Source of the DNA: Cytophagales bacterium | GTDB taxonomy: Bacteria > Bacteroidota > Bacteroidia > Cytophagales > Cyclobacteriaceae | DNA: 61,213 nucleotides | Direction: 5' to 3' | Assembly: GCA_024232835.1 (NCBI GenBank) | Contig: JAAEPI010000323.1 | Location: forward strand, 1 to 61,213 | Shown: positions 9,158-18,981 of the stretch, piece by piece | How positions within the stretch are numbered: position 1 is the stretch's first letter | How the letters are laid out: every line of letters begins with the position of its first letter | Notes under the pieces: model-generated | The model's input: the letters and a program-made list of their open reading frames with translations, nothing else | Told to the model about the DNA's origin: nothing | Database searches by the model: none | Made by a program: the position numbers and the translations under genes

Positions 9158-11023
9158 ATGAAAACAAAATATATACTTGCGCTCCTACCTTTTGTTTGGG
9201 CATGCAATAACTCAACTAAAGAAATGAAAGAGGAAGTAGAACCCAAAAAGGCTATAGACGCACATAGCTATGCTGATCCCAGTCAATCAAAAGTAACACA
9301 CTTGGATTGGGATGCTGAATTGAATTTTGAAAGCAACACCATTCGCGCTACTGCTACTTTGAGCCTTGCGAATAGTTCTGAAGCTACACAGCTAATATTG
9401 GACACTAAAGCACTGACTATCGAAAAAGTCACCCTTGCAGATGGACAAGAAACTACCTTCAAGCTCGGAAAGGAAGATGCTAACCTAGGTCGCTCGTTGA
9501 CTATTGACATTGCACCAGATACTGAAAGTGTCTCTATTCTATACACTACTTCTCCAACCGCGGAAGCCGTCCAATGGTTGAACCCAACACAGACTGCAGA
9601 TAAAAAAGCGCCTTTTCTATTTACCCAATCACAGGCGATATTGGCTAGAAGCTGGGTACCCATTCAGGATTCACCGGGTATTCGCTTTACATATAGTGCT
9701 AAAGTGAAAGTGCCGTCGAATCTACTCGCGCTGATGAGTGCTGAAAACCCAACTGAAAAAAGCGCAGATGGCGTTTATACTTTCAAAATGGAGCAACCGA
9801 TTCCTGCATATTTGCTGGCATTATCTGTCGGCGATCTTGAATTTCGCTCAATAGGAGATAGAGCAGGTGTGTATGCCGAACCATCAGTCATTGAGGCGGC
9901 TGCTTTTGAATTCGAGGATCTGGAAGACATGATCGTAGCGGCTGAGGGACTTTACGGCCCGTACCAATGGGATAGATATGACCTGATCGTATTGCCTCCA
10001 AGTTTTCCTTTTGGAGGAATGGAAAACCCCAGACTGACATTTGCCACGCCAACTATACTTGCCGGAGACAAATCGCTAACCTCTCTGGTTGCTCATGAAT
10101 TGGCACATTCCTGGTCTGGAAATCTGGTGACCAATGCTACCTGGGATGATTTCTGGCTCAACGAAGGATTCACGGTCTATTTCGAACAGAGGATCATGGA
10201 GGAAGTGTACGGCAGAGACTATTCAGAAATGCTCGCTTCTCTTTCGAATCAAGATTTGAAGGAAGAGATAGCAGAAATGACTGCTAAAGGTGAGGCTGTT
10301 GACACCCATTTGAAACTAGATCTGACTGGACGAAATCCCGATGATGGCATGACATCAATTGCCTATGACAAGGGATATCTATTCTTAAGAGGTCAGGAGG
10401 AATTGGTGGGAAGAGAGAAGTTTGATGCATTCTTAAAAGAGTATTTCACCTCCAATGCCTTTAAGGTCATGACCACAGAAGAGTTCGTCCTTCAGCTTGA
10501 GGATTTGTATAGAAAAAATGAGCTGAGTATGGATAGAGAAAAAATCGAAGCGTGGATATATGGACCCGGTCTGCCAGCAGATGCCCCTCAACCAAGTTCC
10601 AACAAATTTAGTCTGGTTGGAGACCAAATGGATGCTTTCATGAGCGGTACTCCAGCCTCAGAATTGACCAATGATAATTGGTCTTCTCATGAATGGCTAC
10701 ATTTCGTACGTGCTATTCCTGAAGATCTGTCACTGCAAAAGATGACCGAACTGGATCAGGCATTCGGCTTTACAAAAAGTGGAAACTCTGAGGTGCTGAC
10801 TGCATGGTTGGAGCAGTCAATCAAACATCAGTACGAACCTGCTTATGACCGATTGGAAGAATTCCTAATTAGTACGGGGCGAAGAAAGTTCCTGATGCCG
10901 TTGTATCGAGCCATGATATTGACAGATGAGGGTAAACAAATGGCAAAAGCGATATACGTTAAGGCGCGACCCAATTATCATTTTGTAGCGTATGATTCGA
11001 TTGATGAGTTGCTGAAGGAGTAG
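9158..11023 (+). CDS. M1 family aminopeptidase (leukotriene A4 hydrolase-like)
   Basis: 621-aa ORF. Lipoprotein-like signal (LLPFVWAC), exopeptidase motif FGGMENP, gluzincin HELAHSWSGN-x18-NEGFTVY. Confidence 0.9.
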   Translation: MKTKYILALLPFVWACNNSTKEMKEEVEPKKAIDAHSYADPSQSKVTHLDWDAELNFESNTIRATATLSLANSSEATQLILDTKALTIEKVTLADGQETTFKLGKEDANLGRSLTIDIAPDTESVSILYTTSPTAEAVQWLNPTQTADKKAPFLFTQSQAILARSWVPIQDSPGIRFTYSAKVKVPSNLLALMSAENPTEKSADGVYTFKMEQPIPAYLLALSVGDLEFRSIGDRAGVYAEPSVIEAAAFEFEDLEDMIVAAEGLYGPYQWDRYDLIVLPPSFPFGGMENPRLTFATPTILAGDKSLTSLVAHELAHSWSGNLVTNATWDDFWLNEGFTVYFEQRIMEEVYGRDYSEMLASLSNQDLKEEIAEMTAKGEAVDTHLKLDLTGRNPDDGMTSIAYDKGYLFLRGQEELVGREKFDAFLKEYFTSNAFKVMTTEEFVLQLEDLYRKNELSMDREKIEAWIYGPGLPADAPQPSSNKFSLVGDQMDAFMSGTPASELTNDNWSSHEWLHFVRAIPEDLSLQKMTELDQAFGFTKSGNSEVLTAWLEQSIKHQYEPAYDRLEEFLISTGRRKFLMPLYRAMILTDEGKQMAKAIYVKARPNYHFVAYDSIDELLKE

Positions 11024-11584
11024 AAAGTTTAACCTATTCAGTCAGAAAAATTATACTTTATGGTTCTACTGTTATTTTATTGGAAACATGAACTTCATGA
11101 ATAATTAGGGTCTGCCGAAGATTGGTTAAACAATAAACTAGACTGGGAGCAAAAAGGTAAACAAAAAAGGATTGACCAATGCCAATAAATGCTGGCAAAT
11201 GTCTGCCTTAGTTTACAACCTGTAAAAAACTCATCAAATTCAAGCAGCCTCCAAAGGCGTTTTGGAGTACAAAAGCTATATCTGGGGCTCTCAACTTGAT
11301 AAGTGAGTTCCTCAATAAGCAAATTATTAACACCAAAAGCAATTATTTATTGATGGTAGAAGTATTAAAAAAAATGAGATTGAAACTTGTGGTTGCGAAC
11401 ATCTGCGAGACGCTTGAACTAGGATCGTTTTTTTACATGCTCGGACGAGGGGGGGACATTTTGAAATTATACAATTTGAAAATCAACTAACACCAACTTG
11501 TTTGGATAAGTTATCATTTGCTAATTGTGAAATTCATTATTTATTGGTTACTTGAGGGATCTATTGAATTAATCAAGGAAGAAA

Positions 11585-11856
11585 ATGGAACAAAAATCTA
11601 ATGGAATGGCTACCGCTGGCTTTGTGCTTGCATTGGTCACACTTTTTATCGGATGGATTCCGATTATCGGATGGATTACTTGGACTCTAGGTCTTGTTTT
11701 TAGTGCAGTTGGAATTTCACGAGCTAAGAATGCTGATGGTAAGGGTAAAGGGCTGGCTATCGCAGGTTGGTAATTAGCCTTGCAGGGTTGCTTTTAATGA
11801 TTCTTTTAGCTGGAGCCATTGCAGCACTGATTGGTATTGGAGCAGCAGCTGGGTGA
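11585..11856 (+). pseudogene. DUF4190-like small membrane protein, frameshifted
   Basis: The 62-codon ORF stops at 11771-11773. The expected final TM helix (LVISLAGLLLMILLAGAIAALIGIGAAAG*) continues in the +2 frame from 11767 to a TGA at 11854-11856. Confidence 0.6.
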
Positions 11857-11899
11857 CCTGCATAGATAAGCCCATATACCTTATTGAAATACATTAAGA

Positions 11900-11936
11900 C
11901 CTCTATTGCGATGTTTCTGGATAGAGGGTTTTTTTG
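11900..11936 (+). terminator. rho-independent terminator
   Basis: CCTCTAT-14 nt-ATAGAGG followed by G and a run of seven T, directly after the DUF4190-like gene. Confidence 0.55.
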
Positions 11937-12001
11937 TATTAATAAAGGTTAGACAAGCTTAGAATCAGCGTTTTCGATAAAAATTTTGTATTTTTCCGCC
12001 T

Positions 12002-13006
12002 ATGCTGCAAGATTATGGCTTATTGCTAGACAATATAAAGCGAAGACGCTTTGATGAAGCGATCAGAGATCATGTCCTCTCTACTTCATTTTATAATGAA
12101 GATTTGACAAAATCTGTGAGGTATGCTCTTGAAAGCATGATTGAAATTGACTCTTCGTATGCATACAAGGTATATGCAAATTCAAGAAAAATAATCGAAT
12201 CCGTAGGAAAGGAATTAGGCAACATTGGAATTAATTCAGCGCTTCGTTATCAGGGGGCTCTACGAACAGATACACATATTCGGATTTATGGAGAGTTGGA
12301 CATATTGTGTATTCTGGAAGATACGGCTAGTCACAAAGAGGTATATTCTCTTGGTCAAACCATTCGTGACAATACGTCAAAACTTAAGCTTCAAAGTACC
12401 GATTACGGAGATGGAGTACGCATACGGTTGATCACAGAAAAGCCCGTCTGTAAGATTAATATTATCCCATGTTCGTGGATAAACAATCCTCAGTATGCTA
12501 AGACCAAGAGCGAAATATATCATGCGATTGTTGTATATAATTTCAAGGATAAGACAAGAAAGAAGTATTTGCCTTTTTTAAATATGGCTAGAGTAAATGC
12601 CAAAGACATTGCAACAAATGGTGCATACAAAAAACTTGTCAGGCTTCTGAGGTCTATATGCACGGATGATTCTATTTTGCTTGATGCGTATGAAATTGCT
12701 GGGCTATGTTATAGGATTGAGGATAACATCCTTGTTCAGGACGATAAACGGCCATTGAGTTTTTTGCCAGGGGTTTTTGACTATTTTAAATCTCTTCTGG
12801 CTGAGGCTGATGGTCTTGAGGTGTTGCTATCCCCAAGCGAAAAGGAGCTAGTCTTTGGTAAAAACCCTGATCGAAAGACAGCTGTCACTAAGCTAATGAG
12901 CTCTTTTCAAGGATTAATCGATAATCTAAACGAATCGATTGGAGAAAATTTGGATGCTGAAATAGAAACGTCATCTGATTCTCCCGCTGACTCCAAGACC
13001 GAATAG
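12002..13006 (+). CDS. Pol-beta-fold nucleotidyltransferase, CD-NTase/OAS/SMODS-like, non-canonical active site
   Basis: 334-aa ORF. YQGALRTDTHIRIYGELDILCIL aligns to the GS-x9-13-[DE]h[DE]h motif. KINIIPCSW sits where the third Asp strand (vDvvPa) is expected. NGAYKKLVRLLRSI...LLDAYEIAGLCY matches the helical lobe of the family. Confidence 0.5.
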   Translation: MLQDYGLLLDNIKRRRFDEAIRDHVLSTSFYNEDLTKSVRYALESMIEIDSSYAYKVYANSRKIIESVGKELGNIGINSALRYQGALRTDTHIRIYGELDILCILEDTASHKEVYSLGQTIRDNTSKLKLQSTDYGDGVRIRLITEKPVCKINIIPCSWINNPQYAKTKSEIYHAIVVYNFKDKTRKKYLPFLNMARVNAKDIATNGAYKKLVRLLRSICTDDSILLDAYEIAGLCYRIEDNILVQDDKRPLSFLPGVFDYFKSLLAEADGLEVLLSPSEKELVFGKNPDRKTAVTKLMSSFQGLIDNLNESIGENLDAEIETSSDSPADSKTE

Positions 13007-13060
13007 GACGAACTCGTATTTGACCGGATCAAGTGGATCTAAAAAAAGTCCCAAATCTCG

Positions 13061-13999
13061 CTATTCGTCATAGTAGGTCAGCTCGACTCTGGCACGGGCA
13101 TCAAGAATACCTAGTCGTTTGAATGAAATCGGTGTGAGTCTTATGAGGATATCTTTATTAACACCAGTAGACGGTAGCTGTCCAACAACGCGAACGTACA
13201 CTTTCTTATTGTTCATTAAATTTCTAATTTCTAAAAGAGTACCCGTTGGAAGCTCTTTATGGAGAGCGAGATATTTATCCGTATTTTCCATATCTTCAAT
13301 TTGCATTGCAATCCCTTCAGTTATATGCTTTCCGTACACCTCGCTAGATACTACTGATTCACCGATTCCAGCATAGGTTCGATACCAGAGAATCTGACCA
13401 ATATTAATATTGTTATTTCGGAGATTATTCCACCTTTGGAGACTGTCGATACTGACGTTCCTTTTTTGAGCTATTTGCTGTAGGTTTTCACCAGACTGGA
13501 CATAGTGCATGAGCGCTCTCGTGAAAGGAAGGAGCGGTTTTTTTATTTCTTTTGGTATCTCCGATGATTTCCCAATTGACAGTTCTTGACCAATGCTGAG
13601 AGATTCACTCGTAAGATTATTCAAAGAGGTTATTTCACTCGCCTTTACACCATATTTACGCCCAATTGCAAAGAGAGTCTCGCCTTCGGAGACCACATGG
13701 ATTCTTGTCTCTTTTGTTGATTTATCCTGAGAGATGACATTTATAGGTTCTGTCACTTTGATTGGAATTTCGAGAATTTGCCCACTCCTAATGTTGTTGC
13801 TTTTGATATTGTTTAACTCAACGATTTTTAAAAGATCGGCTTTGTATCTACGGCTAATTGCGTACAAAGTCTCTCCCAGATCCACTTGATGAATCACAAC
13901 CCATTGATCATTTCGTTGCTCGGTTCTCAAAGAATCATATTCTGCGCTCCACCCGAGCGCCCATGCTAGTAGCAAAACAATTATCCAGTTTAATCTCAT
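13061..13999 (-). CDS. LysM-repeat peptidoglycan-binding protein with RlpA-like C-terminal barrel
   Basis: 312-aa ORF with a signal peptide and at least three LysM repeats (e.g. HQVDLGETLYAISRRYKADLLKIVELNN). The C-terminal DPBB-like segment is TGTLLEIRNLMNNKKVYVRVVG. Confidence 0.75.
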   Translation of the reverse strand: MRLNWIIVLLLAWALGWSAEYDSLRTEQRNDQWVVIHQVDLGETLYAISRRYKADLLKIVELNNIKSNNIRSGQILEIPIKVTEPINVISQDKSTKETRIHVVSEGETLFAIGRKYGVKASEITSLNNLTSESLSIGQELSIGKSSEIPKEIKKPLLPFTRALMHYVQSGENLQQIAQKRNVSIDSLQRWNNLRNNNINIGQILWYRTYAGIGESVVSSEVYGKHITEGIAMQIEDMENTDKYLALHKELPTGTLLEIRNLMNNKKVYVRVVGQLPSTGVNKDILIRLTPISFKRLGILDARARVELTYYDE

Positions 14000-14266
14000 A
14001 GATGTTTATTTTGGTCCATTATCTAATAAAAATCAATCAGTACTGAAAGGCAGTAAAGCATCCGGCAAGCAAAATTCGCCATTTTCTTGTCATGAATTTT
14101 ACTAAGAAATTCCAATACATTTTTTAAATCTAGAAGTTTCCGTTCAAAGCTCTCATCAATTGTCAAATAATATCAAAGAATAATGAGCTCACATAGACCT
14201 TTTGAATCAATTGAAGAATTGAAGAGAACTCCAGATAATTGATAAACGCAAAATTTTGTAATAAGA

Positions 14267-15655
14267 ATGGCCAAGCTGGTTAATTTTGGAAAAATAGGAA
14301 TAAGAAAAATGGAGACGATTAAGAGACTCAAACTATATTTTATCACCATGTTGCTGGCGATAGTTGTGGCTGGTCAAGAAGAAGAGCTACCAAAAGTATT
14401 TCATATGCTCGTTGATGATGTCATTGACCCCCGTACTAATCGGTACACGGAGTTGGGCTTAGAAAAAGCCGAAGATCTCGGTGTTGATTATGTCATTTTG
14501 GAATTGGATACTTATGGAGGAGCTCTTACAGACGCAGACGATATACGCACTCGACTTCTTGAATTTACCATCCCCGTTTATACCTACATCAATAAAGATG
14601 CTGCTTCAGCAGGAGCGTTAATTTCGATTGCAACGGATAGTATTTACATGGCCAAGGGTTCGAGTATTGGTGCAGCAACTGTTGTGACAGGAGATGGAGA
14701 AGCGGCTCCTGACAAATATCAATCGTACATGCGTTCTATCATGCGTTCAACAGCTGAAGCCACAGGAAGAGATCCAAAGATCGCTGAGGGTATGGTGGAT
14801 GAGGATATTGATGTGGACAGCATCGCCACAGAAGGTAAGGTTATAACCTTCTCAGTGTCTGAGGCCATTAAACATGGCTTTTGCGAAGCTCAGGTAGAAG
14901 GAATCGATGACATCATGAAACGCTCAGGAGTAGAGGAGTATGAACTTATTGCTTATGACTTGGGAGCGTCTGAAAGCATCATTGCCTTTTTTTTAAATCC
15001 ATTTGTGAGTGGGATTTTGATCATGATGATTATGGGAGGCATTTGGTTTGAGCTTCAAACACCTGGTGTAGGTTTCCCGCTAGGTGCGGCTATCCTTGGA
15101 CTTGTTTTGTATTTGGTTCCTCATTACATGAATGGATTGGCGGAAAACTGGGAAGTCGCTTTGTTGGTGATAGGAATAATTTTAATAGCGGTGGAGATAT
15201 TCATAATTCCGGGATTTGGTGTTGCAGGTGTATTAGGAATAGGTGCCACGGTGAGTTCACTAATTTTGATAATGTTGAATAACAACATGTTTGACTTTTC
15301 ATTCGTGAACTCTGCGGACGCATTTGTGGCAATTATCACCACATTTACAGCCATCCTTGGAGCGGTGGCTTTGCTGTTTATTTTGGGTATCCGTATTACA
15401 AATTCCAAAGTATTTCAACGGATCGCCTTAGTTGATACACAGGTGAAAGAAGAAGGTTTTACATCTAGTGTTTATAAAAAAGAGCACATGGTTGGTAAAC
15501 AAGGCACTTCTTACACAATCCTTCGTCCTAGCGGAAAGATTATTATCGAAGATCAGATATATGATGCATATACTAGGGGAAATTATATTGGTGTGAATGA
15601 ATCTATAGAAGTAATATCCGATGAGGGTACGTCATTAAAGGTGAAGAAAATATAA
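14267..15655 (+). CDS. NfeD family membrane-bound ClpP-class protease
   Basis: 462-aa ORF with an N-terminal ClpP-like domain (ILELDTYGGALTDADDIRTRL), four or five TM helices and a C-terminal NfeD OB domain. An alternative start (METIKRL) is at 14309. Confidence 0.8.
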   Translation: MAKLVNFGKIGIRKMETIKRLKLYFITMLLAIVVAGQEEELPKVFHMLVDDVIDPRTNRYTELGLEKAEDLGVDYVILELDTYGGALTDADDIRTRLLEFTIPVYTYINKDAASAGALISIATDSIYMAKGSSIGAATVVTGDGEAAPDKYQSYMRSIMRSTAEATGRDPKIAEGMVDEDIDVDSIATEGKVITFSVSEAIKHGFCEAQVEGIDDIMKRSGVEEYELIAYDLGASESIIAFFLNPFVSGILIMMIMGGIWFELQTPGVGFPLGAAILGLVLYLVPHYMNGLAENWEVALLVIGIILIAVEIFIIPGFGVAGVLGIGATVSSLILIMLNNNMFDFSFVNSADAFVAIITTFTAILGAVALLFILGIRITNSKVFQRIALVDTQVKEEGFTSSVYKKEHMVGKQGTSYTILRPSGKIIIEDQIYDAYTRGNYIGVNESIEVISDEGTSLKVKKI

Positions 15656-16393
15656 ATGAAAATAATTGGAATCATTCCTTCGCGCTACAGATCCAGCCGG
15701 TCTCCTGGTAAGCCACTTGTAGATATTGGAGGCAAACCAATGATTCAGCGTGTGTATGAGCAGGCATCTAAGGCCAAATCATTGGATCAGGTGGTAGTGG
15801 CTACTGATGACCAGCGAATTGAGGATTGTGTAATTGGCTTTGGAGGAAAAGTAATGATGACAAGTGAGTCTCATCAAAATGGAACTGAACGTTGCGGTGA
15901 AGTGGCAATTGAATATCCAGCTCAGTTCTATATCAATATACAAGGTGATGAACCATTTATCCACCCTGAGCAGATTGATGGTCTCGCAAGTATTCTAAAT
16001 GGGGAAACTCAATTAGGCACCTTGGTTAAAAAAATACAAGATGATTCATTATTGGATAATCCGAATGTAATGAAGGTGACTTTTGACAAGAAGGATGAAG
16101 CGTTTTACTTCAGCCGAAGTTGTATTCCCTTTGTCAGGGATCACGTGCGCAGTGATTGGATGAAGCATCACGATTTTTACAAACATATTGGTATCTATGC
16201 TTATCGCTCAGATGTGTTGAAGGAGATTGTCAATTTGACTTCTAGTTCACTCGAGTTAGCTGAGAACCTTGAACAACTTCGATGGTTGGAAAATGGGTAT
16301 AAGATCAAGGTAGCTAAGACGCATTACGAGTCCACAGGAATTGATACACCTGAAGATATTGATCGAGCTCTGAAGCAGAATCTAACCAGCTAG
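15656..16393 (+). CDS. kdsB: 3-deoxy-manno-octulosonate cytidylyltransferase
   Basis: 245-aa ORF with IIPSRYRSSRSPGKPLVDIGGKPMIQ and NIQGDEPFI motifs. Confidence 0.9.
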   Translation: MKIIGIIPSRYRSSRSPGKPLVDIGGKPMIQRVYEQASKAKSLDQVVVATDDQRIEDCVIGFGGKVMMTSESHQNGTERCGEVAIEYPAQFYINIQGDEPFIHPEQIDGLASILNGETQLGTLVKKIQDDSLLDNPNVMKVTFDKKDEAFYFSRSCIPFVRDHVRSDWMKHHDFYKHIGIYAYRSDVLKEIVNLTSSSLELAENLEQLRWLENGYKIKVAKTHYESTGIDTPEDIDRALKQNLTS

Positions 16394-16396
16394 CCT

Positions 16397-16919
16397 ATGG
16401 AATTTTCCCTTCCAGAGGGTATTTCAATTCTAGAGCGAACACCAAAAGTACTACTGGAAATGCTATCAGGGTTCTCTGACGGCTGGACTAACCAAAATGA
16501 AGGAGGCGGAGACGTGGAGTGCCTTCGATGTAGTAAGTCACCTTATTCACGGGGAGAAGACAGACTGGATGGCTAGAGTAAAGGTCATTTTATATGAAGA
16601 AGATAAGCACTTCAAAGTTTTTGATAGGTTTGCTCAATTTGAAGAGGGCATGGGAAAAAATCTTCAAGAGTTGCTTGCAGAATTTAAGAAATTGCGTTCC
16701 AACAACTTGAAAGAACTATCAGGTATAGTTATCACTGAAATAGACTTTGATAAAACCGGCATTCACCCAGAATTCGGCGAAGTGACTTTAAAGCAACTCC
16801 TATCAACCTAGGTGACCCATGATCTCGGACACATCGCTCAGGTCAGCCGAGTTTTGGCGAAACAATACAAGGGGGAGGTTGGCCCTTGGACCAAGTACAT
16901 AGGTATTCTGAATCGATAA
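16397..16919 (+). pseudogene. DinB family protein, one frameshift plus an in-frame TAG
   Basis: The N-terminal part (MEFSLPEGISILERTPKVLLEMLSGFSDGWTNQNEGG) is in the frame starting at 16397. The body is in the frame starting at 16497. A TAG at 16809-16811 interrupts [39 protein letters not shown], which then runs to a TAA at 16917-16919. Confidence 0.7.
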
Positions 16920-17176
16920 CTATCGGACTGAAAATCTAATTTTAAACCATATCTATTTCATAGATGTTTCGTATGCCTTGGACACGGAAATATTGAAAGG
17001 ACTGGGGCATGAACTAGCAGATGAATAATTGGGCAATGTATTGTTTGATGATACATTGCCTGTTTGCCAAAAGTGACTATAAGATGGAAATGTCTTAATG
17101 ATAAGTCTTTAATGGTTCCTTTGGAATAGTGCCAATTATGATCGAACTTAATCGCTCATCTTAACTTAACAATGCT

Positions 17177-18967
17177 ATGAAAACTTTTAACAACTACAGG
17201 AATCAGTTTGTTCTGATATTTCTCGGTCTCAGCTTCGTTTTTGGAAATAATCTTTATGCGCAATCTGTGCAGATTGAAGACGCAACACGAGATGGATTTG
17301 ACGGGTTACGCAGAATCGGTGATGAGGGATATTATCTTCAGTTTGCCACCCAATGGACAGATGGTATGAAAAAAGGAAGTGCCAAAGTTCGTATAATTAT
17401 GATGGATAATGACCTGAACATTACAGGTGACATTTGGATCACAACAAGAGCAGGTGGTCAAGTTGAGGATGTGGCCTTCAACGGAGGGAATTTCATGGTA
17501 ATAAATAGTAATCTGAGAGAGGCAGTCAGAAAATTGACAATCGTTGACAAAGAAGGAAATGTAGTTGCTGAGCAAACCCTTGAAAAAGTAAAGAGAAGAT
17601 TGCTTTCAAAGCCAGCGTCAATTTTGCCAGTTGGTGACGGGGATTTTATGGTAATCAACTTTATCAAAGAGAAGAAAGTTGGTTACAGCATTAGTAGGTA
17701 TAATAGTAAGCTAGAAGTGCAGTACACTAAGGAGCAAATTCCAGATAAGAAAAAATTGTATCCTACCGACTTTTTTATTGACGGAGACCGGTTGAGTGTT
17801 CTAGAATTTATTACTCCTGATTTCTCGGATTATTTCGAATACCATGTGGCATCATTTGATGTGAACTCCGGTGAACAGATTTTCAAGCAACGAGTACAGA
17901 AACCGGGTGAAAAGGCATCTGGATATGCGACCTTTATTAGAAACGGGGGTGATGGAAAAGTAATGACTGGAGGTATGTTTTTTGATGGCCAAAGGGTGCA
18001 AGAGTCCAATTCAGATGGATTTTTTGCGGCTGTAATAGAGAAAGATGGTACGACTAAATTTTCATTCACTGACTGGAAAGAAGTTAAAGCTCAATTGAAA
18101 GATAAAGGTACTGGACTCTTACTGGGAGGAAAAACGAAGACTTTCATGCATGATATAGCTGTAAACTCAGATGGATCCTTCACACTTATTGGTGAGACCT
18201 ATAGAAAGGGAGATGCCGACATGGCTGGGAATAAGTCTACTGGTGCCAAATTGGGGAAAATGGCTGCAAAAATGGCTGCAGCAAAAGGCGGAGAATCAAA
18301 AGATGTTGATATTGCAGTCACGGTTTCAGGATTTGCTTTGATGAACTTTGATATTGAGGGGAAATTCACAAGTATCGAAAGAATAATTGAACGACCAACA
18401 ATAACAATTATTAAAAACACAACAGACCCTGATGATCTACCATATGTCGGCCAAAGAAAGGGTTTGAATGTTGCTAATATCCTTAATAACAATGGATATT
18501 TTCCGTATCGATTTGTAGCTGAAAAGGGAGACAATAAGTACATCGTTAGTGTGGCCAGTTATAAATCAGTACCGATGGAGCGTTTGTATTTCACAAAGTT
18601 GAATTCTGCTCAATTGGATACTGCTTCGGTGAATGTCACGAGTTCCGATCTTCAGCTTCTTTTGGACATGAAAAATAAGGTGATGAGCAAGATGGGGGGC
18701 TTGGGTAAACTGGCCAAAAAAACTCAAAAAGTTGGTGGGGGAGAGGATAAGAGTGAATTCGAATTAAGAGGTTCTCATGATCCATTCGATTATCGTTCGA
18801 AGGCATCAAATACCAGACTTGTTCAATCGAATATCTCAGGGAAGGTGTTGATTTATGATTTCGTTCCGATAGTAGAGGAGGGAGAAAAACAGAAAGGTTT
18901 CTTCGGACAACTATCCGACACAATGAGAGGAAGTTTGAAAATTCAATATATAGATCTTCCAAATTAA
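17177..18967 (+). CDS. secreted hypothetical protein
   Basis: 596-aa ORF with a clear signal peptide (FVLIFLGLSFVFGNNLYAQ). Beta-rich with a G/K/A-rich linker. No catalytic motif recognised. Confidence 0.6.
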   Translation: MKTFNNYRNQFVLIFLGLSFVFGNNLYAQSVQIEDATRDGFDGLRRIGDEGYYLQFATQWTDGMKKGSAKVRIIMMDNDLNITGDIWITTRAGGQVEDVAFNGGNFMVINSNLREAVRKLTIVDKEGNVVAEQTLEKVKRRLLSKPASILPVGDGDFMVINFIKEKKVGYSISRYNSKLEVQYTKEQIPDKKKLYPTDFFIDGDRLSVLEFITPDFSDYFEYHVASFDVNSGEQIFKQRVQKPGEKASGYATFIRNGGDGKVMTGGMFFDGQRVQESNSDGFFAAVIEKDGTTKFSFTDWKEVKAQLKDKGTGLLLGGKTKTFMHDIAVNSDGSFTLIGETYRKGDADMAGNKSTGAKLGKMAAKMAAAKGGESKDVDIAVTVSGFALMNFDIEGKFTSIERIIERPTITIIKNTTDPDDLPYVGQRKGLNVANILNNNGYFPYRFVAEKGDNKYIVSVASYKSVPMERLYFTKLNSAQLDTASVNVTSSDLQLLLDMKNKVMSKMGGLGKLAKKTQKVGGGEDKSEFELRGSHDPFDYRSKASNTRLVQSNISGKVLIYDFVPIVEEGEKQKGFFGQLSDTMRGSLKIQYIDLPN

Positions 18968-18981
18968 GAAGTACAATTATG

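Noticed and set aside
11095-11322. Possible IS5-like transposase tail in the 560-bp gap after the M1 peptidase (fragments such as QNAFGGCLNLMSF and YRL*TKADICQHLLALV on the minus strand)
   Set aside because: The resemblance to the ...IE..F..LK.FRRIATRYDK... tail needs frame hopping and is too weak to call without a database search.
11585-13006. DUF4190-like TM protein plus NTase-like gene as a minimal CBASS (cyclase plus TM effector)
   Set aside because: The TM gene is upstream, frameshifted, and separated from the NTase gene by a good terminator. DUF4190 is a generic small membrane family, not a known CBASS/SLATT effector. The NTase triad looks degenerate. The idea is kept only as a remote possibility within the NTase finding.
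16809-16811. In-frame TAG codons in conserved-looking sequence (DinB at 16809, amidohydrolase relic at 54517) as evidence for stop-codon recoding
   Set aside because: TAG plainly terminates intact genes in this window: the M1 peptidase at 11021-11023, the NTase-like gene at 13004-13006 and kdsB at 16391-16393. Both affected genes also carry other lesions (a frameshift, a truncation). Ordinary nonsense decay is the simpler reading.
17032-17060. 9-bp stem hairpin GGCAATGTA-11 nt-TACATTGCC after the DinB pseudogene as a terminator
   Set aside because: It is not followed by a T-run (TGTTTGCC), so it is too weak to call as a rho-independent terminator.
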